A stretch of DNA of 64,000 nt from Octopus sinensis (lineage: Eukaryota), in the NCBI RefSeq assembly GCF_006345805.1, contig NC_043004.1:93310001-93374000 (forward strand), in the 5' to 3' direction. A program made the position numbers and the translations under genes. Every line of letters starts with the position of its first letter. The stretch's first letter is position 1. The notes beneath the pieces were generated by a model. That model was not told the DNA's origin. It worked only from the letters and a program-made list of their open reading frames with translations, and made no database searches. Positions 26,474 through 40,525 of the stretch are shown piece after piece.

Positions 26474-29400
26474 GTAAGTAATTAGCACTAATTGTTTTAA
26501 TGTCTTTATTTGGTATTTAACACAAGTTATTTTATTTGTTGTTGTTGTTTTTCAGGGCTAGAGTAAGGGGTGAAAGGATAACTCCACCCCCCACCCCCGT
26601 TTACAATTTGTAGTTTCTTATTTTGACATCGCCATGTCATCTCAGTCTCTTCTTTATGGTTGCCATAATTACAACTGGTTATTCTTAGTGTAATACAGAA
26701 GGTGTGTTGCCATGGCGAAGTTGTTGCTATGGTAACTTTGTCTTTTTATAACTTAGTGTTATAATATGGCGCAGGAGTGGCTGTGTGGTAAGTAGCTTGC
26801 TTGCCAACCACATGGTTCTGGGTTCAGTCCCACTGCGTGGCACCTTGAGCAAGTGTCTTCTACTATAGCCTTGGGCCGACCAAAGCCTTGTGAGTGGATT
26901 TGGTAGACGGAAACTGAAAGAAGCCCGTCGTATATATATGTGTGTGTGTGTTTGTGTGTCTGTGTTTGTCCCCCCAACATCGCTTGACAACCGATGCTGG
27001 TGTGATTGCGTCTCCGTAACTTAGCGGCTCGGCAAAAGAGACCGATAGAATAAGTACTAGGCTTACAAAAGAACAAGTCCTGGGGTTGATTTGCTCAACT
27101 AAAGGCGGTGCTCCAGCATGGTCGCAGTCAAATGACTGAAACAAGTAAAAGAGAAAGAGAGAGGGTAGTATCTATGATGTTTGTAAGTCCTCTGAGATTG
27201 TCATGTGGTTGCTACAACAGCGTTGTCTCTCTGGCAACATTGTTGCTACAACAGTGCTGTCCATCTGGTAATGTCTTTTTTGCTACAAAATCTCTCTGAT
27301 AATGAGTTTTGCTATGGCAGCTCTGTATATTTCACCAAAATACTAGGGTTAATTTCAACAATTATACCACTGATTGTCACACTCTTAGACAAGTTAACAA
27401 AGTCCCTTGTTAACCTGTGTTAAAGTTTCTGTTTTCTCCAGTTGCTTGAAATAAAAACCAAATTTCCCTCAAGTTACATTCTGTCATCTTAGAAAATGAC
27501 TTATTGGATATTTTAGCTCAGGATTCCTGCTCATAGGAAAAAAACCCAGAATGGTTATGGCTGGAATGCCTTTGGTCATAGGTCTGTCCAATCAAGGTCT
27601 CTTCTACCTATTTTTCAAAAAGATCATCCGAACGTGGCCGATGCCAGCGCCGCCCCGACTGGCTTTTGTGCCGGTGGCACATAAAAAGCACCATCCGAAC
27701 GTGGCCGTTGCCAGTGCCGCCTCGGCTGGCTCCCGTGCCGGTGGCACATTAAAAGCTCCAACCGATCGTGGCCAATGCCGGACCCCCCCTGGCACCTGTA
27801 CAGGTGGCACATAAAAAGTACCCACTACACTCACAGAGTGGTTGGCGTTAGGAAGGGCATCCAGCTGTAGAAACTCTGCCAGATCAAATTGGAGCCTGGT
27901 GCAGCCTTCTGGCTTCCCAGACCCCGGTCGAACCGTCCAACCCGTGCTAGCGTGGAAAACGGACGTTAAACGATGATGATGATGATGAATCCTTTCTCCT
28001 ATATGCACAAAGTCTGAAATGTCGGGAGAGAGGGCTACTCAATTATGTTGAAGCCCCCCCCCCAGTGCTTCACTGGTACTTAATTTATTGACCCCGAAAG
28101 GCTGAAAAGCAAAGTCAGTCTAATAATAAAATATAATTGTTTCTAATTTAGGTGCAAGGCCAGCCAGTTTGAAGGGAGCGAGTAGTTGATGTCATTAACT
28201 TCAGTACTTGGCTGGTGCTTTATTTTATTGATCCCCCAAAAGGATGAAAGACAAAATTGAACTCAGAATGTAAAGAACCAAAGCAAATACAACAAGCCGT
28301 TTCGTCTGATGCTCTGGTGATTCTGGCAATTCAGTGCTGCCATGTTAATTGCCTTGGAAGCTGTTATTATTATCTTTGTTGTTATTATTATGGCAGTGAG
28401 CTTAATTTGTAGTTATTATTAAGGTATATTCATATGCTGGGCAAAATGCTTAGTGGTATTTCTTCCATCTCTATGATCTGAGTTCAAATTCTGCGGAGGT
28501 TGACTTTGCATTTCATCCTTTCGGGGTCGATGAAATAAGTACCAGTTAAACACTGGGGTCTCTGTAATTAACTAACACCCCTCCTCCCAAATTTTAGGTC
28601 TTGTGGCCTCTAGTAGAAAGGTTTATCATTATTTTTGTTGTTGTTACAAGAGTACTTGAGTTCTTAGTAATGAAAAATTTATTGTTGAAAAAGTTGCCTA
28701 TTGAAAGTTGATAAAGGATGAAGTAAATAAAAATGCCAAAATAACAAGAAAATGAGAAAGTTATATTCATCACTCCCAAAATACTATACAGGTATGATGC
28801 ACTGCAGAAGTTTCTGACGAACAACATTTCTTGTGTAGACATAATGTGGCACAAAGACATCTTGGTCTTCTGAATTTTCAATCTGTGTAATTTCAAAGTG
28901 TTTGTAACCTTAATCTTAATCCTGACCCAAATGTTGTTTTTTTTTTTATGTGCCACCTGCACAGGAGCCAGTCCAGCAGCACTGGCAACGACCTCGCTCG
29001 AATGTTGTTTTTCACATGCATTATTATTATTATTATTAGTATTATCATTATTATTATTATTATTATTATGTGAACTGGCTGAATCATTAGGGCATCAGAA
29101 AAAATGCCTTGCAATGTTTGTTCTGGTTCTTTAAATTCAGTGTTCAAATCCTGCTAAGATCAACTTTGTTTTACATCCCTCTTGGGTGAGTAAAATAAAG
29201 TACCAGTCAAATGCTAGGGTCAATGGTATCCACTGTGATCCCTCTCCTCAAATTCACTGGCCTTGTACCTAATATAGACACATTTACCCTCATCGTTAAC
29301 ATTTCATATAAAATAACCAAATGAAAAAAATGTTTGATATTTTTTGGGGCTGTATATTTATTCAATATACAAGGATGTATACTACCTTGCTCATGTTTTC

Positions 29401-29727
29401 TTTTTTAAACCTGCATCCAGGCCACACTGTAAAGTGGCTGGTGTTTGGAAGGGCATCTAGCTGTAAAAACCTTGCCAAAACTGACCTTTCCTGTGCTTGT
29501 GCCGTGTAAAAAGCACTTGGTCCATTCTGCTGGGTGGTTGGTGCTAGGAAGGGCATCTAGCTGTAAAAACGCTGTCAAAACTGAGACAGAAATCTGGTGC
29601 AGGCTCCCGCCTGGCTGGCTCCTGCCTGGCTGGCTCCTGCCTGGCTGGCTACCGCCTGGTTTGCACCCGCCTCACTGGCTCCTGTCAAACCAGCCAATCC
29701 ATGCCAGCATGATGTTAAATGATGATG

Positions 29728-30318
29728 TGCCCTTAAATATGGTTTCTGATTACAAATATCTTGGGTCATACATATCATCATCTGGAAAAGACTTTCTAAC
29801 TAGAAAGGGTATGGCCTGGTCAGCCTGTAATGACATGCATAAGATCTGATCATCAAATCTAAGTAGAGACTTCAAACTTGAAATCTTCAAAGCCACAGTC
29901 GAACCAATTCTACTATATGGCTCAGAAACCTGGACGTTATCAAAGAAGCTTGAGAGGCGGTTGGGTGGAATCTACACTCGCCTCCTTATGAGAGCTCAAA
30001 ATCTCTTGTGGAGGCGCCATCCAACCAAAATGCAAATATATGGGAAACTACCACCTGTGTCATCTCTTGTGAAAGGTAGGAGAGTCCAGTTTGATGGACA
30101 TTGTTGTAGAGCTGAAAAAGAGGTAATTTCTACTCTTCTCCTCTGGAAGCCATCTACTCGCAATACCAGAGGGCGCACACTCTCCTACCTTGATGTAATC
30201 TCCAGGGATACAGGCATCCAGCAACAGGACCTCCGTAATGCCATGATGGACCATGAAGTCTAGCGTAGCATGGTAAATTCCATTGTTTCGACCACGGTCG
30301 AACAATGATGATGATGAT
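29728..30318 (+). mobile_element. 5'-truncated RTE-like LINE 3' end, same family as 41457-41909
   Basis: YKYLGSYIS...KATVEPILLYGSETW; GAT-repeat tail; closely similar to the other copy. Confidence 0.88.
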
Positions 30319-30581
30319 ACACAATATAGTTCCCTGGTATCCATGCATAATATATAAATATGCATTTCCAATTTTTTGCAACTGCCAGAATAAGTTGGGA
30401 CTTGAGAAAGGAAAGCTACTTAGAACTTACGAAACAAGGGTTAACTAAAAGTCTGAACATAAGCACGAATGTATGGGACAAACTTATGAAACTGTTTTGG
30501 ACAGGTAAAGGGTTAAAATAAACTAAAACAAATGTGAAAATAACAATCCTGATTTCGTTTATCATTTTCCCTCCGTGAAAG

Positions 30582-30704
30582 GTTATTAACACACTGGCGT
30601 TATTTAACACACCAGAAGAGAGATTATGTTCACGACGTGTCTTGGACCAGACAGGCAAGATGTGGCCCTATCATCATGATCTTTACCTTCAAGGTATTGT
30701 TGCT
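30582..30704 (+). CDS. C9orf72: C9orf72 coding exon 4 (VINTLALFNTPEERLCSRRVLDQTGKMWPYHHDLYLQGIVA)
   Basis: GAAAG acceptor and GTAAGT donor; 123 nt; matches human IVRTLCLFLTPAERKCSR...GLFVQGLL. Confidence 0.92.
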
Positions 30705-31959
30705 GTAAGTTATTTATTGTTTTATTTTGTTTATGAATTTTTTTCTCTCACCATTTACTTTGTTTAATAAATAAATAAATCTAAGATCAGATTAGATTTT
30801 AAGTTCTTTACTTTAATATCTATCCACCATCTTTTCTACAACAACCTTGGGCATTTTTTTGAATTCCATACATCTAACACTCATGGACATGCTTTCAAAA
30901 TCAAAAAAACAACACAACACTCATGACTTTCAGAAACATTTTTTCACATTCGGAATTGCTGAAGCATGGAATAAACTATCCACATCAGTTCTTAGCTGTT
31001 GAGACACTACATTCTTCAAAACTTCTGTGCTTCCTGAAATTTGCTGATAGTACACCTGATACCCCCCCCCAACTGTTTTTTTAAAAGCTATTCACAGTTC
31101 ACTACCTGTGCATATTCTATGTACTGTTCATTCACTTTTAGTTACTTTTTCTGATGTGTTTTAGTGCATCTGAGCACTGTTTGCAATAAATTCATTATAT
31201 ACTAAAATTACATTTTCACAATAAATATAGTTATTTCCTTATATTTAATAAAGGTTTAGTTTTCTAATGTAACATAGTAAATTCAGCAATGACTTCAAAT
31301 ATAGAAGCATTCCCTGTTCCTGCTCTATGTCATCCTTTAACCATTTGGCATTTAAACCGGCCATCATCATCATCATCATTGTTTAACATCTGCTTTCCAT
31401 GCTGGCATGGGTTGGATGGTTTGACTGAGGGCTGGCAAGCCAGAAGGCTATACCAGGCTCCAATCCTATCTAGCAAGTTTCTACAACTGGATGCCCTTCC
31501 TAATGCCAACCACTCCGAGAGTGTAGTGGGTGCTTTTTACGTGCCACCAGCACAAGGGCCAGTCGGGCGGTACTGGGCATCGACCACGCTTGAATGGCGC
31601 TTTTTATGGACTGGCCTTGACCTCGCTTAAATGATGCTTTTTATGTGCCACCAGCACAGAACCACTCAGCTGGCACTGGTATTGACCACGTTCGAATGGC
31701 GCTTTTTACATGTCACTGGCATGGGAGCCAGTCAGGCGGCACTGGTAACGACCATGAATGGTGGTTTTAATGTGCCACTGGCACAGGTGCCAATCAGGCG
31801 GTACTGTCATAGGCCATGACAACAATTTCAACAGGTCTTTGCAAGTGCAGTTTATTGTCCAATGATTGAAGGGTACTCTTAAATGGCCGGTTATGCTGCA
31901 CAGGCATAGGCCACGGTTACAGTCTCACTTGGCTTGCCAGGTCTTCTCACACACTGCAT

Positions 31960-32460
31960 ATTTCCAAAGGTCTCAGTCACTTGTCATTGCTTCGGTGAGG
32001 CCCAATGTTGGAAGGTCCTGCTTCACCTCATCCCCTGTCTTCCTGGGTTTGCCTCTTCCACAGGTTCCCTCTACTGCTAGGGTGTGACACTTTTCCACAC
32101 AGCTGTCCTCACCTATTCGCAACACATGACCATACCAGCTCAGTCGTCTCTCTTGCACACCACATCTAATGCTTCTTAAGTCCAACTTTTCTCTCAGGGC
32201 GCTTACACTCTGTCATGTATGCACACTTACATTACACATCCAGCGGAACATACTGGCTTCATTCCTTGCAAGCTTATGCATGTCCTCAGCAGTCACAGTC
32301 CATGTTTTACAGCCATGTAGCATGGCTGTTCGCACATATGCATCATACAGTCTACCTTTTACTCTGAGTGAGAGGCCTTTGTCACCAGCAGAGGTAAGAG
32401 CTCTCTGAACTTTGCCCTGGTTATTCTTATTCTAGCAGCTACACTTTCAGAGCATCCAGC
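31960..32460 (-). mobile_element. RTE-type LINE RT C-terminal fragment
   Basis: RRLSWYGHVLR...VEGTCGRGKPRKT. Confidence 0.8.
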
Positions 32461-32808
32461 CTCAACATAAAGCCTGAAATTTGGTGGAACGGTTAAGCCA
32501 ATTACATCAACCCCTTACTCAACTGTTATTTTTTGACTTCCAAATAATGAAAGGTATAGTCGACCTTGGCGGAATTTGAACTCAAAACAAATAAAGGCGG
32601 ACGAAATAGCACTTAGCATTTCATGCCCCAGGCAAAATGCTTAGTGGCATTTTGTCTGTCCTTCTGTTCTGAGTTCAACTTCCACCGAGGTCGACTTTGC
32701 CTTTCATCCTTTTGGGGTCGATAAATTAAGTACTAGTGAAACACTGGGGTTAATGTAATCGACTAGTCCCCCCCCCCAATTTTAGGCCTTGTGCCTTTAA
32801 TAGAAAGG

Positions 32809-32841
<33 letters not shown>

Positions 32842-32958
32842 GTTATTATTATTATTAAAGTAAAGTTTGATCAATAAAAGACTAAAAAAATGTCATCATG
32901 TTTAAAAAGATGAAGAATTTGAATGTCACTCATCTTATTTGATGATATTTTATTTCAG

Positions 32959-33155
32959 GAACCAGGTAGCAAGATCTCTCACCTGATGAAAGATATGTTG
33001 ACCAGTAAATACCCAAGTTCTATCATAGACCTGAATCTACAGAGAGTCTTGCAGACCCCTGATCATTCCAGTCACGAGACCTATCGGCAAGAGATGCTGA
33101 AGAACGAACTTATTTGCCTGCATTATGATGATAACTATGAATCCTACATGAAACG
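32959..33155 (+). CDS. C9orf72: C9orf72 coding exon 5 (EPGSKISHLMKDMLTSKYPSSIIDLNLQRVLQTP...YMKR)
   Basis: TTTCAG acceptor and GTGAGT donor (phase 2); 197 nt; matches human PYPTTHIDVDVNTVKQMP. Confidence 0.9.
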
Positions 33156-33429
33156 GTGAGTGAGTCTTTCTGTTTCAGTTACTATCATCATCATCATCAT
33201 CACCATTGTTGTCATCATCATCATTGTTATCATCAGTGTTTAGTTATGTCTCATGATGTTCTGAGTTTCAAATAGCACCAATGTCAACTTTGTTGTCCAT
33301 ATTTTGGGGCCAATAGAATATAGTGCGAGTCAACTTTTGGGGTCCATTTAATTGGCTGTTTCCCCACCTCATGCAAATTTGAGGCTTTTATTATTTTACA
33401 AATCATTATTTGTTGCCACTATCTCACTA

Positions 33430-33870
33430 CCATTTAGTATGATATTCCTTGCACACAATCCATGTCTCACCACCATGTATCATCACTCACCTTATTCATA
33501 CACCATGTCACACCACCATATATCTTTACTCATGTTCCATGTCTAACTACCATGTTTTATCACTCACGTTAGACACATTCCATGTCTCATCACCATTCTC
33601 ATTCCTTGTCTCACCACCTTGTGCCATCACTCACCTTCACTCATATTCCATCTCTCAGCACCATATACCATCAGTCACCTTATATTCCATGGCACACTAA
33701 TATATACCATCACTTACATTACTCATATTCCATGTTTTACAACTACATACCATCACTCACCTTGTATTCTATATCACACTGCCATATACTGTCAGTCACC
33801 TTACTCATACTCCATGGTCTCGCCACTATGTATCATCACTCGCCTTACTCGTACTCCATGTCTCACAACA
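33430..33870. repeat. Degenerate minisatellite (CATCACTCACC / CCATGT units)
   Basis: Recurrent short motifs at roughly regular spacing. Confidence 0.6.
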
Positions 33871-34488
33871 AAAGCTGGAAGTTGTCATCATTACTATTAT
33901 CATTGACATCTTTATAACCAACTTGTTTCTTAGCTACTAATTATTGTATCGAGACAATTACCACCAATAGGACAATTCCTCATGACGACAACTCCCCCTA
34001 GGAAATTATCCCCCTTGGTTAATTACCTATTTCTTTATTACCCACAAGGGGCTAAGCACAGAGGGGACAAACAAGGACAGACATAGTTATTAAGTCGATT
34101 ATATCGACCCCAGTGCGTAACTGGTACTTATTTAATCGACCCCGAAAGAATGAAAGGCAAAGTCGACCTCGGCGGAATTTGAACCCAGAACGTAACGACA
34201 GACGAAATGCGGCTACGCATTTTGCCCAACGTGCTAACGTTTCTGCCAGCTCGCCACCTTAGGTTAATTACCCCCCCCCCTCTCCAATGTATTAAGTTTT
34301 AAATCATCTGTTGCCCTCAGAGGTAATTGTCTTTGGGGTATTATTGTCCATGAGGGGTAAATATCATAGACTCACTAATTATACCACTGGTTAAGCTTCC
34401 ACCACTATCATTTCCCAGTCCAGTCCATCATCATCATCATCATCATCATCACCACCATTATAACATTGATAATTGTTTTGTGTTGCAG

Positions 34489-34549
34489 TAAAAGTTTTGT
34501 TACTGTCACAGACTGTGCTGAATCATTTGTGAAAACGCTCCGGAAAGAG
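34489..34549 (+). CDS. C9orf72: C9orf72 coding exon 6 (KSFVTVTDCAESFVKTLRKE)
   Basis: TTGCAG acceptor and GTGAGT donor; 61 nt, which restores phase 0 after the phase-2 intron; resembles human DTLVKAFLDQ. Confidence 0.85.
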
Positions 34550-36039
34550 GTGAGTAATTTTAATGTTTGTTTCTTCTCAAGCCATGCCGGGCTCATAGGG
34601 CCGGTTTCCCGGTTTCTTTGGCATATAGGTTCCCCACCTGGATGGGACGCCAGTCCGTCACAGGTGAGCTGTTATTATTATCCTGCAAGATGCAGGAGGA
34701 AAGAGTGAGAGAAAGTTGTGGCGAAAAAGTCAGCAGAAGTTCGCCATTACCTTCTGCCGGAGCCGCGTGGAGCTTAGGTGTTTCGCTCATAAACACACAC
34801 ATCACCTGGTCTGAGATTTGAACACGTGATTCCTCAACCACGAGTCCGCTGCTCTAACCACTAGGCCATGTGCCTCCACAATGGTAATGTTTAATCCTAG
34901 CTTTATGTAGTGAAGTGGGGATTGTTTAGTTATGAGATTAAACCATGAGTAGATTATTGGTGAATTTGATTGAAGATTGATAGATTTAATAAATTTCTTT
35001 GAACGGAAGTTGATTAACGGAAAGGTTTAACCCATGAGTGATAGAGCAGGAATGAGCTGTTTAATTTTAGCTTACTGGTTGACTGAGCTGACCTGGTGTT
35101 TAATGCTAATATTTAGCCTATGGTTGATAGAGTTATGGTAAGTAGTTTTATGATAAGATTTAATCCATAGTTTATGAAACTGTGGGGGGTAGTTTGAAGA
35201 TGAGATTTAATCTATGGTTTACAGGATTGAGGTGGGTAGAGTAATGATAAGATATAAAACATGATTAGTTAAAAAGTAATGAAAGCAATTCTTCATTAAT
35301 ATTTGGTGGTTAGAGAAAGATATACCCCAGAGTTGGTGACATGAGATGTTTACTCTTTTGGTAAGATTTAACTTAGCATTTCCAGCCCTGTGAGTCTATA
35401 TGACGTGGGAAAGATCTTTTGGTGAAGGTTCATGGCTTAGTGGTTAGGGTATTCAGCTTGTGATCATAAGGTCGTGAGTTCGATATCCGGCAGTGCACTT
35501 GAGCAAGATATTTTATTTCATGGCTGTCGCCAGCTTCGTCTGGTCTCCGTGCCGGTGGCATGTAAAAAGCACCATCCGATCGTGGCTGTTTGCCAGCCTC
35601 GTCTGGCACCTGTGCCGGTGGCACGTAAAAAGCACCCACTACACTCACGGAGTGGTTGGCGTTAGGAAGGGCATCCAGCCATAGAATCATTGCCAGATCA
35701 GACTGGGCCTGGTGCAGCCTTCTGGCTTCCCAGACCCCAGTTGAACCGTCCAACCCATGCTAGCATGGAAAGCGGACGTTGAACGATGATGACGATGATG
35801 TTGCTCCAGTCCATTCAGCTGGCAAAAATGAGTAGTACCTGTAATTCAAAGGGCCAGTTTTGTCATATCCTGTGTCACACTGAATTGCCCTGAGGTTAAG
35901 GTACACATGTTTGTGGAGTTCTCAGCTACTTACATGTTACTTTTACAAGCAGGCTGTTAACATTGATTGGATCAACTGGAACCCTTGTCATTATAGATAG
36001 CCGCTCTCCGGCTATCTATCTGCGGCTTTATATAGCTAT

Positions 36040-36615
36040 GGTAAGATCTCACCTGGAATTTGCATCACTGGTCTGGAACCCCTATCTTGCCCAGGATATT
36101 AATTGTCTGGAAGCCGTTTAGCGACGTGCAACCAAGAGAATACCCTCCATCAGGCATTTGCCATATTCTGAACGCCTTACTTCCCTGGGCATGGACACAC
36201 TGAAACTCCGACGTTTGGCAGCTGATTTGGCAGACACCCATAAAATTATTAACCATCTTACAAACAATAACTCTGAGCACCTTTTCAAACTCCACCTGTC
36301 TAACACCCGTGGACATATTTACAAAGTCAGAAAACAGCACAGCTCCCATGACTTTAGGAAACATTTTTTCATGCTGAGAGTTGCTGAAGTATGGAACAAA
36401 CTGCCGGCATCAGTTGTTAGTTGTCGGAACACTGCATCCTTCAAAACTACCATGCTTTCTGAGATCCGCCAACACTACACCTGATTTTCTCCCCTCCATA
36501 CACACACACAAGCATGTATCTGACTCATACATTGTTCGCTTTCCAGACTTTATACGTACTTTCTGACAAGTTGTGGTGCACCTGAGCACTGTATACAATA
36601 ATTTCATTATTATTA
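36040..36615 (+). mobile_element. CR1/L2-type LINE 3' fragment
   Basis: LEFASLVWNPY...YSERL...NTRGHIYKVRKQ...FFMLRVAEVWNKLP; ATT tail. Confidence 0.85.
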
Positions 36616-36914
36616 TTGTTATTTATTATATGACTGACAGAGTGCCAGTTCAACTTGGCATTTAAATCAGTTCAAATATGTTTGGGACTAATTTGACCTT
36701 TATTTTATAGACTGTTTTCATTGCAGTTTCCTGTTGACAAAAATTCTCCTTTTAGGTAATTTGTGCTTTTAATGCCCAATGCATAAAGAGAAATTTTTTC
36801 AATGATAAACCACAGCAAAAACAGACTTTTTACAGGTCAAATATGTCCCAAACATATTTGAACTGATCTGAATCTTTGTTTACTTACATTCCTGCTTTCA
36901 TGTGCTTAAATAAA

Positions 36915-37167
36915 TAAATGCGCCCTTTTGAAGCCGAGCCAGGCTCATGGGCCCAGTTTCCCGGTTTTTATGGCGTATGTGTTCCCCAGTTGGACGGGAC
37001 GCCAGTCCATCGCAGCGTTACTCATTTTTGCCAGCTGAGTGGACTGGAGCAACTTGAAATGAAGTGTTTTGCCCAAGAACACAACGCGTCGCCCGGTCCA
37101 GGAATTGAAACCACAATCTTATGATCATGGTGCTGACACCCTAACCACTAAGCCACGCGCCTCCACC
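36915..37167 (-). mobile_element. tRNA-head SINE family D
   Basis: GAGGCGCGTGGCTTAGTGGTTAGGG head; related copies at 7205-7450(+), 34570-34880(-) and 58864-59155(+). Confidence 0.78.
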
Positions 37168-38912
37168 TTCATGTGCTTACTATGATATTTAACCTCACAT
37201 TGAATTGATTTAGTTGGGCTCTTTGATAGTCAGATTTAACTAATTTTATAGTGCACTTATCCCCTACAGAGATAAATTGTAACTTCCCTAGAGAACCTGA
37301 TCTGAGAGGTCAGAAAAGTTGACATATTCTCAGATCAGGATATGTACTATGATCACGCAGTGACTGATAATCTAGACATAATTGTTATCAAGTATGACAA
37401 GCAATGCTCTGTGTATGTATGTACAGCTTTATCTGGTGTGCCTTCTTTATCATCATCATCATCGTTTAAAGTCCGCTTTCCATGCTAGCATGGGTTGGAC
37501 GGTTTAACTGGGGTCTGATCTGGCGGTGTTTTTACAGCTGGATGCCCTTCCTAACGCCAACCACTTTGTGAGTGTAGTGGGTGCTTTTTATGTGCCACCG
37601 ACACAGGTGCCAGACGAGGCTGGCGAACGGCCACGCTCGGATGGTGTTTGTTACATGCCACCAGCACGGAGGCCAATCGATGCGGTGCTGGCTATGGCCA
37701 CGTTCAGATGGTTCTCTTATGTGCCACCAGCACTGGTGCGACAAACTACAAATTCCATTGATGTGGATCGATTTCGATTTGATTTGATTCTTCGATTTTG
37801 ATTTTCACTTCTTCGATTTTGATTTTCAGAAAATTAATCTAGTGTCAACATTGCTTTCAGAGTTTTCCAAATAAGTGAACATCTTTACCTTCAATCCTGT
37901 TATTGTTGTCATTGTTTTTGTTATTTTTATTTGTTTCATATACACAAATGGTTACAGAAATTGTGGCACATTGGAATTAACTCTTTAACATTCATGTTAT
38001 TCTGTCAAAAGTAATTTATTCACAGTTTTCAACGAACCACGTGTTATCTTGCAGCTTTGAGATTTTGAAGAGGTAGCTGTTAATTTTAGAATTATATTGT
38101 AGGGTAAGTGTGATAGGCCAGATCTAACCAGTTTTTACATGAAGTAAGTAGAATATTTAAGCCAGATATGGTCAATTTATATGCTAAAAGATTAAATAAA
38201 GCACCATCCGATTGTGGCCGTTGCCAGCCTTATCTGGCTCCCATGCCGGTGGCACATAAAATGCACCAATCCAACCATGGCCGTTTGCCAGCCTCACCTG
38301 GCACCTGTGCAGGTGGCACGTAAAAAGCACCCACTACACTCACGGAGTGGTTGGCATTAGGAAGGGCATCCAGCTGTAGAAACATTGCCAGATCAGACTG
38401 GGCCTGGTGCAGCCTTCTGGCTTCCCAGACCCCAGTTGAACCGTCCAACCCATGCTAGCATGGAAAATGGACGTTAAACGATGATGATGATGTAGTATTG
38501 ACTTGTGTTTCTCCATAATTTGAGATCATATTTGTAGAATTTATTTTATTTTTCCTTCTCTTCATGCTTCATAAAATAAAAACTAGAGATTCAGTCGGGT
38601 CATCGAAACACTCTATCATATATGCTTGTACTCTTGTACCAATCAAGGTGGCAGAATCGTTAGCACACCAGGCAAAATGCTTAGTAGCATTTCATTCATC
38701 ACTACGTTCAGAGTTCAAATTCCGCCGAGGCCAACTTTGCCTTTCATCCTTTCAGGGGTCAATAAAATAAGTACCAATAGAGCATTGGGGTCTGTGTAAT
38801 CGATTTACCACCTCCTCCTCCTCCTCCGAAAATGCTGGCCTTGTGCCAAAATTTGAAACCGATATAAAGAAATCATTATTGTTGTTTACAAGATCTTTGT
38901 TGCCTGTTTCAG

Positions 38913-39037
38913 CTTCTACAGCTGCCCAGAATCTCTTCAGGAAACCTATGTGGTGTGTGGGAATCCCATATTAACAACTTTCTCTGGTTACTACAGAGAA
39001 AAGCTCTATGTCTTATCAAATATGTTGAACAGGAAAC
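38913..39037 (+). CDS. C9orf72: C9orf72 coding exon 7 (LLQLPRISSGNLCGVWESHINNFLWLLQRKALCLIKYVEQET)
   Basis: TTTCAG acceptor and GTAAGT donor (phase 2); matches human FLLVLHRKALTLIKYIEDDT. Confidence 0.93.
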
Positions 39038-39236
39038 GTAAGTCTTGCTTCTACACTTTTATTTCTACAGATAACTTCATTTTCAAATTGTCCTTCGTTA
39101 TATTTATCTCCCTTCCTTTGCACATTTCGTTTCTCTTTCTCTTAAAAAAAAAATAATAATAAAATAACGGAGAAAGGTAGAAATTGTGATTGCTCACTTT
39201 TCATCATCATTAAGATATCTACTTTGCCAAGCTTTC

Positions 39237-39657
39237 GGCGATCTTTCGTCTCTAGTAGACCTTTCCGTCGATTTCCGTAAAATTTTTTTTTTTTTTACAT
39301 ATGGGCTTGCGGGAACTTTTGAAGTAATATACATACATATACACATACACCGAGTAAAAAATTTCAGTTATCTCTTTCTTTCACACATTACTCTGTCTCT
39401 TCACACACACTAACAGAAGCACTTCACTTACACAACATACTGTTTGTCTCCCACACCCCATCATACACACACACACACACATGTACATCAATGCTCCCAT
39501 GCACGGTAACTTCAAAAGAACTTCCCTCGTCATACAATCGCTTTCTCTTAGTCTCTTTCGCTCTCATTACTTCAAAAGTTCCCGCAAGCCCATATGTAAA
39601 AAAAAAAAAATTTTTAAGGAAATCGACGGAAAGGTCTACTAGAGACGAAAGATTGCC
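39237..39657. mobile_element. Non-autonomous TIR element (92-bp TIRs) flanked by an 18-bp direct repeat
   Basis: TIRs at 39237-39328 and 39566-39657; CTACTTTGCCAAGCTTTC at 39219-39236 and 39658-39675. Confidence 0.85.
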
Positions 39658-39711
39658 CTACTTTGCCAAGCTTTCATAAGTTAGACCGATCAGATTTTTA
39701 TTAGAAGTTAC

Positions 39712-40125
39712 GGATCTTTCCGGTTTGAACGGCAGTTTTTAACATAATTTCTAAGTAACTAAAAAATGTTAAACTTCGTATACTGGTAGAATGTGTTTAT
39801 AAAATATCTTTTTCTCTTGACTTTATTGAGAAAATTCTATAGTTTGTCAGATATTTGTTGTTGTTTTTTCTTCAATTTCTTCAATTTCAGCCAATCACTG
39901 ACGTCCATTGAGGTAAAAAAAACATTCTGTGCCGTATGAATATGTCCCTCGTTTAAGAAATAGATTGGGTTTATTTACATTTGTGAAGAAGAAAAGATAC
40001 CCTCCCCTCCACTCCTAACCCTAAAACAGACTGAAATGCAATAGATCGATACTAGGGTCATAATTATGGGTGACAATTTCATATGACACCGCTAGAAAAA
40101 ACTGCCGTTCAAACCGAAAAGATCC
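39712..40125. mobile_element. hAT-type MITE
   Basis: TIR GGATCTTT(T/C)CGGTTTGAACGGCAGTTTTT; 8-bp TSD GAAGTTAC on both sides. Confidence 0.9.
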
Positions 40126-40525
40126 GAAGTTACTGTCCTCTTAGATGGGTCAGGAGCTTTATGTGATCTTACGCGTATATTACATTTTGGTGGCTGATAG
40201 GAGAGAGAGAGGTTGAGTGAAGAAAGTGTTATAGGAGAGAGAGAGAAAGAAAGAGAGAGAGAAAGAAAGAGAGAGAGAGAAAGAAAGAGAGAGAGAGAGT
40301 GTGTGTAAACGCTTTGAAGCATTTACTCATAATCACTCATAAACAGGGTTCGTCAGCAAATTATCTGCCCTTAGGATCTTAGTACTCGAAGATTTACCTC
40401 CCTTACAATATCGCTTGTACTTGCAATATATTACAAACAAAACATTTTTATTTTAATAAATTTTGTTTCACTTTTAATTTCTTTTCACTGTTACAATTTA
40501 TTTGCTCTGACTTATAAAAAACTTC

